Origin: Trypanosoma brucei
Taxonomy: Eukaryota
NCBI GenBank assembly: GCA_000002445.1
Contig: CP000066.1
Coordinates: 640,001-704,000, forward strand
Direction: 5' to 3'
Length of the DNA: 64,000 nucleotides
Program-made: the position numbers and the translations under genes
Notes under the pieces: generated by a model
The model's database searches: none
Told to the model about the DNA's origin: nothing
The model's input: the letters and a program-made list of their open reading frames with translations, nothing else
Shown: in pieces, positions 62,906 through 64,000 of the stretch
Layout of the letters: each line of letters begins with the position of its first letter
Position numbering within the stretch: the first letter of the stretch is position 1

Positions 62906-63303
62906 GTGTGCTCCGGATTAAGCACCGTCTCCCTTACAACACTCAAAAATGCTCTCATTGGTTAATAATCCGCCAGCTGCATGCGATTACGTGGCACCCA
63001 GCGGCACTCGATACTTTTGTGTTGCTCTCCCTCCTGCACTCACACATTCTTAAACGCGATTTAATTAACTTCACTATCCCCTCCGGTGGGTCTCCCCTAA
63101 GTGGTTCTCTTCTTTCACCACCATCGAAACACACGTAACTTCTCTTATTCCTGGATCCCGCGTCCATGCAGCCGGACATATCAGAAGCGCATTCTCTCCA
63201 CAGCAGCTCCTTTGCTTGAAAACAACACATATGCAGTAAGGTACAGACATAAAGTTAGGCTGTAATGGAACTCACTCTTTATCCTCTTCTATTGGAACTG
63301 GGG

Positions 63304-64000
63304 TCAACCGCGTTTTGTGTTTCGTTTGTTCGCCTTCCTACCGCGGCCCTTCACTTTTCGAGGCGCATGCCGCACGTATCCGGGAACCTTCGCTGACGGA
63401 TCGAGTGGCTTGTAATTTCGGTTGAAGCGCGACTTGTTGAATTCCTTCGCTGCGGCCTTCTTTCGTGCACGTGCGGAAAGCTCTTTGCCGGACCCTCCCT
63501 TGCTTCCACTTTTTGCTCCAGTGAGCAGCGCACGGTCCTTTGCTCTGCGACTCTTGTCAGGTTCTTCGTTGTCATCATCGTCATCATCACCGCTGTCATC
63601 CTTGAAGCGAATTGGCACCGAGTTACACGTTCCAGCTGTGCGTCTCGTCACGAGATCTCCAACTACGCGGAATGCCTCGGGATGCTGAATAAGGAAATCC
63701 ATCAGACTTACGCCGAGGACACCGTCGAAACGTGCGTTAAAGCGGAACCACCTGCCGACAAGATTTCCAACATCACCAATGTACATGGGCCGAGGCTTGC
63801 GTGGCATCGCCATCAGAATTTCTTCCACTGCCTGCTGCTGTAGCTGCTTCACCCTCAGTTCACGATTCATCACTATTGGGAGATCCACCCATGGCAATGA
63901 AACTGATTCTCTTACGACTGATCCAGTGCGTACCGGCAGCATGCGCCGTAGCTCTCGCAACTCGTCTGCGCTCGGGGTTGTCTTTCGAGCGGATAAGGTG
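63304..64000 (-). CDS. Hypothetical protein, possibly 5'-truncated by the window edge. It has an acidic run (DDSGDDDDDDNEE) and a strongly basic C-terminal tail.
   Basis: The frame is open from the stop at 63304 to the window end. The track start at 63960 is TTG. An in-frame ATG exists at 63942 (MLPVRTG...), so the gene either starts there or continues beyond 64000. Confidence 0.6.
   Translation of the reverse strand, partial: TLSARKTTPSADELRELRRMLPVRTGSVVRESVSLPWVDLPIVMNRELRVKQLQQQAVEEILMAMPRKPRPMYIGDVGNLVGRWFRFNARFDGVLGVSLMDFLIQHPEAFRVVGDLVTRRTAGTCNSVPIRFKDDSGDDDDDDNEEPDKSRRAKDRALLTGAKSGSKGGSGKELSARARKKAAAKEFNKSRFNRNYKPLDPSAKVPGYVRHAPRKVKGRGRKANKRNTKRG

Overview
This window is eukaryotic, not prokaryotic. 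It reads as a chromosome-internal segment of a kinetoplastid, most like an African trypanosome (Trypanosoma brucei-like); that assignment comes from gene content and architecture, not from a database search.

All 22 credible CDS lie on the minus strand and have no introns. The spacers between them are 0.3-1.5 kb and purine-rich on the + strand, so they form polypyrimidine tracts followed by AG trans-splice acceptors on the coding strand. Several spacers carry (TA)n or (GT)n microsatellites. This is one directional polycistronic unit transcribed right to left.

From right to left the window contains:
- A run of housekeeping or conserved genes at 12.5-64 kb. Those with a recognisable call are a giant DExH (Ski2/DDX60-like) helicase, a PGAP1-like GPI inositol deacylase, a ~1950-aa E2-like plus beta-helix-repeat protein, COX17, a TatD-like hydrolase with a C-terminal Zn module, a TBCE-like LRR+UBL protein, an AGC kinase, and an ankyrin-PFK-2 with a degenerate FBPase-2 domain. 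The rest are unassignable proteins.
- A 4.5-kb stretch with no credible ORF (7950-12521).
- A small island of predicted surface proteins: one acidic 305-aa protein, then a 1514-bp-period tandem array of four genes for a small Cys-rich acidic protein (250-6123).

The array is the most distinctive structure. It shows patchy gene-conversion mosaicism, and its promoter-proximal copy carries a swapped, diverged head domain.

Technical note: the supplied ORF track uses bacterial-style starts. I checked start codons by eye and 13 long ORFs begin at TTG or GTG, so I trimmed those to the first in-frame ATG.

I found no rRNA, intact tRNA, CRISPR array or intact mobile element. I have no evidence for a new multi-gene 'system' in the prokaryotic sense, because co-location in a kinetoplastid transcription unit does not imply shared function.
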